A stretch of DNA of 64,000 bases from Azolla caroliniana (taxonomy: Eukaryota; Plantae; Polypodiophyta): contig JBHGNT010000008.1 in NCBI GenBank assembly GCA_043228905.1, positions 9,300,001-9,364,000 on the forward strand, in the 5' to 3' direction. Every line of letters begins with the position of its first letter. Within the stretch, counting starts at the first letter, position 1. Shown here one piece after another: positions 59,184 through 64,000 of the stretch. The position numbers were made by a program, and so were the translations under genes. Under the pieces are notes generated by a model. That model was given only the letters and a program-made list of their open reading frames with translations. It ran no database searches and was not told where the DNA came from.

Positions 59184-61228
59184 TTACATTTCTGTCCTCT
59201 GGACAACATACGCATGTAATTCCGCCGCTTGGGCAGCCCATGCCGTCCATCCTTTGTCTAGCACCGTTTTTAATTGCATCGTAAACCTCTCCCGATTCGT
59301 TTGCAGAAGGATACGCACGTTGTCTGTTATGGCTTGGCAACGTTTGTGTGTTTCTGCTACAGACTTCTTGAGGTTTGCAATCTCTTGCTGATTAACTGCT
59401 GCCGCTTCTTCATACATGCTCCTCATTCCTGCCTAAAGCTGGGATTCCTTCGCATATAGTTCTTCCAATTTTCCCATTTCATTGTTCAGGTGGATTTCGA
59501 GCTGATGCCTTCTGTCCTGTTCTCCTGCCAGCTGCTCGTCGAACCATGCTTTTTTCTTCTCTAATAAGGCCCGAAGTCCTGCGATTGCCGCTTCCGATTT
59601 TTTTGCTTCTTCCCGTAATTGGGCGTTTTCTTCTTTCATCCGGGTGTACTGTGCTGTCTTCGCTACGAGTTTCTCTTCCAGGGTCTTCACTGCCTTTCGG
59701 CCGTTGGCCCAGATATCTTTTTCTCTGTCTCAGGACTGGCGAAGTTCCGCGCGGAGGCGGTTAATCTTTGATTCCGCTAGTTGTACGACCCGTTTTGCTT
59801 TTGAGGCAATGGCGGTCTGAGCCTCAACCTCTTCCCTCAGGGCTTCGACGGTGTTGGTTGGTGGTGGAGCTGCCTGTTGCACCGTAGTCACGTTATTTTC
59901 CAACTCCGCGATGCGTTCATTGGCTTTTTGCTGCACGGCTTGGGTAAGTTTAACCTTTTTCCAAACATTTTTATTTTTAATGGCCATATCCTTGGCGCCC
60001 ATATTGACCTTTGCCAGTTCCCTATGAACTTCGACAAGGGCCGTGTTTATTGGGGGTAGTTCCATCCCCATTCGGCGTATACCGGCATTCCTTTGTTTGC
60101 CGACTCTGGCTAATTGGTCCTCATGGTTGTTTTACGTTGTTTGTGTTATTGCGCGCTCGATCATTTGGCGCTCCGCATGCTCCTCGTCCATTCGTCGCGA
60201 GACTTTTATTTGTAGCGTTGCCAAGAATTCCATGAGTTCAAAAGAGGTTCCGAACTGTAATAGTGTGCCGAACTCATGGGCCATGTCCGGAATGTCCGGA
60301 TACGCCAAAACCTCGTTTTCCGCCGTTAATATGGCTTTCCCTCGCTGGGACTGGGCCGTAATGACCGATCGTGGTTCCTGGATTACTTCGAAGGTGGTGT
60401 TGGTCTCCGTAGCTGCGGAGCTGTCGCCTACAATCGTTGTCTCCGCGGCTACGAGTGCGTCTTTTACTAACCCTCGCCCATCTTTCCTGTCCAGCCTCTG
60501 CCTTTTCGGCCTCAGGCTTTCCGGTCGTGGGTCGGCGTCTGGCTCCGGTGCCACTTCCGCGGTGCGCGTCACCTGCTCGTCTTGTGTTATTCGCGTGTTC
60601 GGCTGGGTGGGTTGGGGTTCATCCTCCCACTCTGTGGTGGCCAACTCCGTTAACCTTCGCTTCGCAGATCGAGGTGGTGGCGTGGGCTTGCTGGGCTGCG
60701 GTGGCGGCAGGCCTCGGGGTGGGAATAGTACCGTCAGGTACTGTTGTATGATAGGCCTGAGCTTCTTGCCTCCTTGATACACGTGCAGGTCTTCCCTTAA
60801 CGCCGGCCCCGTGATGACCCCCCAATCGACCGTACACCCTTCAAAGGTATCAATGATGATACCTGCCTTCTGCTTGGGCATCCCATACGCGTTTACATGT
60901 ACGCATCTGACCTTTAATAGAAACTTGGCGATTTCGCGGAAAAAGGGATCCGGGATCTCTTTCATTCTATATGCCTTGGCGGATGACGAATATGGACCGA
61001 AATATCTCTGCAGGGACGCCGTAGGACGGATTTCGAAATGCCTTTCACCTAGTGATCACAAGTCCAACTTTTTCCGGATGGATGAGTTGGTGACCGTGTC
61101 GATGTTGAGCTTTCTGGCTATGTCCAGTGCATCAGGGTGTGGAGGTGCCTCCGCGACCCTGATGTACCCATCCAAGCGTTTCTCTACGAGCCATCGATGC
61201 AAGGCGGTAGAGATGAATATCGACATAG
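59184..61228 (-). pseudogene. Gypsy extra ORF downstream of integrase (globular N-terminus with VDWG motif, Pro-rich linker, long coiled coil)
   Basis: ORF pieces 61056-61228, 60132-60965, 59730-60071, 59433-59690 and 59184-59426 are collinear, separated by stops or frameshifts. Confidence 0.7.
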
Positions 61229-64000
61229 TTTGAATAGGCTCGTGGCTAGGGGGTGAAGACTGTTGGTTGCGGTGAGTTTGAGGTCTGTGATAGGATGTAG
61301 AAAAAGCTAAGGAAGTGGAGCAATGAAAGCGCTGAGATTTAGGAGGTTTATTTCTGTATTGTGCAGAAAACCTTCTATTTCTTTCATTTTGTGGCCTAGG
61401 GTTCATTGGTCGGTGAGCCATTGTGGTGCTGCGTGTTCTTGGTCTAGAAGTTTGTGCATGCTTTAAGTCCTTTTAATAGTCCGGCGGGGAACGGGTTAGG
61501 TGGCGTAGGTCCCAGGTAAGGTTTAAGGCGAAACCCATTCACTTTCTATCGTAACACTTCCCCGGCCAGCGTGCCCAGTTGAAACGTGCCTTGTTTTGCT
61601 CCTACTATCCAATACGGGCCTGTCCAACGGAATCGTAATTTTCCTGGCATATGCCCCATGCGGGTTTGGAAAACCAATACCACTTTGCCGACCAAAAAAT
61701 CCTTTTCTCGTGCGTTCCGATGTCGATCTACAAACGCTTTACGCCGTCGTTGTTCCTGCTCCAACATAGCCATGCTGTGTACGCGTTCTTAGCCGAGTTC
61801 GAGTAGCTGTTGCAATCGTATTTCCTCCGACTTGGCTTCGGATAGTCGGTCCCGTACTTGAATCCGTAAACTGGGTATCTGAAACTCTACCGGCATAACG
61901 GCCTCCAGTCCAAACGCTAGTCGAAACGGTGTTGACTGTATGCTTGTTTTGTAGCTGGTCCTGTACGCCCATAATGCAGTATGTAATTTGGTATCCTAGT
62001 CCGTTGTAATTTCATTAACGATTTTCTTTAATATGGTCTGCAATGTCTTGTTGGTGGATTCTGCAAACCCATTCGCCTGTGGGTAATATGGCGTACTCTT
62101 CTTGTGGACCACGACGTAATGATGTGTTAGTTCACGAACCACCGTATTGAGAAAGTGGCTCCCTTGATCGCTGATAAGCTCAATCGGACAACCGAACCGA
62201 CACCAGATGTGTTCGTAAAGGAATCTCGTCGTGACAGCTGCCGTATTCTCCCGTATTGCTTTTGCTTCTACCCACTTGGTGCAATAATCCGTGGCTACCA
62301 ATATGTATTTATTGCCTGTACGTGCTGCCGCCGGTGTGAAGGGGCCTACAAAATCCAATCCCCACTTTTGGAATGGGTCTAACGGTAGTATGGGCTGGTG
62401 AGGCATTCTTGTGCCCTCCGTGGGCTGGCCCATCCGTTGACACAAATCGCACTGTTTGCAATAATCATACGCATCCATCTGCGTAGTTGGCCACCATAGG
62501 CCTGCTTGCCATATTTTCCGGGCCATAACATCGCCCGCGTAATGTTCGCCTACCGTGCCGCAATGAGCTTCCCGTAAGACCGCTTCTTTCTCATCCTGAC
62601 GTACACCGTGTCGCCAAATGCCATCACTGCCTTTGTGATATAAGATTCCTTCTACCAGGCAGAAGTTACGGCTCCGGACGGCTAATTGCTTCTTCTCGTC
62701 TGTGCGTAATTGTGGTGGGGGCAGTCCTGTAGTCAAAAAGTAGGTCATTTCCATGAGCCACCGATCCGTACATGCTTCCCCTTCTCCTGTTGCTATTCGG
62801 AGGATATCAACATTTGGGAAGTCATCGCCGTCTTTTTTCACCGTTATCCAATTGACTCAAAAAGTCTGCTACCGCATCCTATGCGCCAGGTCGATGTTGT
62901 ATTGTAAAATCGAATTCCTGAAGTAAAAGCATCCATCTAGCCAATTTGCTTGTTAGCGCCTGTTTCTCCACCAAATACAGCAACGCTGCGGAATTTACGC
63001 CCCAGCAGGTAATGCCTAAATTGATTAATGATGTATACCATCCCTAATGCTTCCCGCTCTGTCGTGGAATAATTGCGCTTTGTTGTCGATAGTTTGCGGC
63101 TTGCGTAGTACACTGGTCGGTACCAGTTAGGTTCTGTGAGTTGCATTAGCACGCTCTCGTTTGCTACGTGTGAGGCGTCGACAAATACGTGAAATGGCTT
63201 TGCCCAATCCGGTGGTTGGACGACCGATGCCTGCGTCAACATAACTTTCAATGCCTCGTAAGCTTTGTCTTCGGATTCCGCCTATTTAAAAGGGGTACGG
63301 TGGACGACTGCGTGTAATGGTGTAGCAAAATCCACAAGATAGCGTAGCATCCTACTATGCTAGCGTATTTGCCCTAGGAACCGGTAAGTGCTTTAACATT
63401 CGTAGGCGTGTTTGCTTGTATGATTGTGGAGATCTTGTTTGGGTCGACTGCTATTCCGTCTTTACTGACAATGTGGCCGAGAAAGGCTCCACTAGTGACG
63501 CCAAAGGCACATTTCGCGGGATTCAAGCTTAGACGTGAAACTCGGCAACGTTCCAAGCAAAGGCGGAGGTGGTGGAAGTGTTCGGCAGCCTTCCCATAGA
63601 CCGCAAAATCGTCTAGAAAATTACTGCATGAAGGCGGGTATGTATTCTCCGAAAATTTCTGTGATTGTTCCTTGGAATGTTGCAGGTGTTGTCTTAAGTC
63701 CAAACATCATGACTACAGCTACATAGACTCCCTAGTCGGTGACAAACGCCGTTTTCTCCTGATCATCAGGGTGCATGCGTACTTGGTTATATCCGCTGAA
63801 CCCATCTAAAAAACTATACATGTCATGCCCAACGACTGTTAAGGATCTATGTATCGATGGAGTAAGCTCCTCGATGTCGTGGCAGGATTCGGACTGGCGT
63901 ATACCCTCTTGATGGCGAATAGGGTGGAGATGGTTGTCGGATACCTCCGACCCTCACACTCACTTAACGATTAGTAAATGATTGAGCACTATATCTCCCT

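Larger units (their letters stand above)
57561..63840 (-). mobile_element. Non-chromovirus (Tat/Athila-like) gypsy: RT, RNase H, integrase, extra 3' ORFs, 3' LTR 57561-57980
   Basis: FLDGFSGYNQ, FLDDF, FVDAS, HCGTVGEHY...CDLC, WGLDFVGP, ISDQG, YPQANG and WTGPY motifs. LTR is a reverse-complement homologue of 55132-55519. Confidence 0.93.

Noticed and set aside
60043-60777. 244-aa plus-strand ORF (also 58044-58583)
   Set aside because: Antisense shadows of the gypsy extra ORFs.

Overview
Eukaryotic, transposon-dense land-plant DNA. A non-seed plant such as a fern or lycophyte is plausible, but that is inference. The only clear host gene is a 5-exon class II DAHP synthase (40333-43215, minus). 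The rest is nested mobile DNA: several Ty1/copia elements (one intact and very young, 48985-54398), chromovirus-type and Tat/Athila-like Ty3/gypsy elements, LINEs, a solo LTR, and hAT- and Mutator-type MITEs with target-site duplications (TSDs). The most striking feature is a ~7.4 kb unit (about 14142-21556) bracketed by a 24-bp inverted repeat. It holds an intact 890-aa Sola-like DDD transposase with a BAH-like tail. Divergently, it holds a 6-exon spliced gene for a ParB/Srx-domain + beta-class amino (N4-C/N6-A) DNA methyltransferase fusion, a prokaryote-type enzyme; this copy has in-frame stops. Two further oddities: a gypsy element has a tRNA 3'-end-like sequence where the polypurine tract (PPT) should be, and tRNA-like A/B-box modules sit at gypsy LTR termini. 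All calls come from manual reading and motif recognition; no searches were run.
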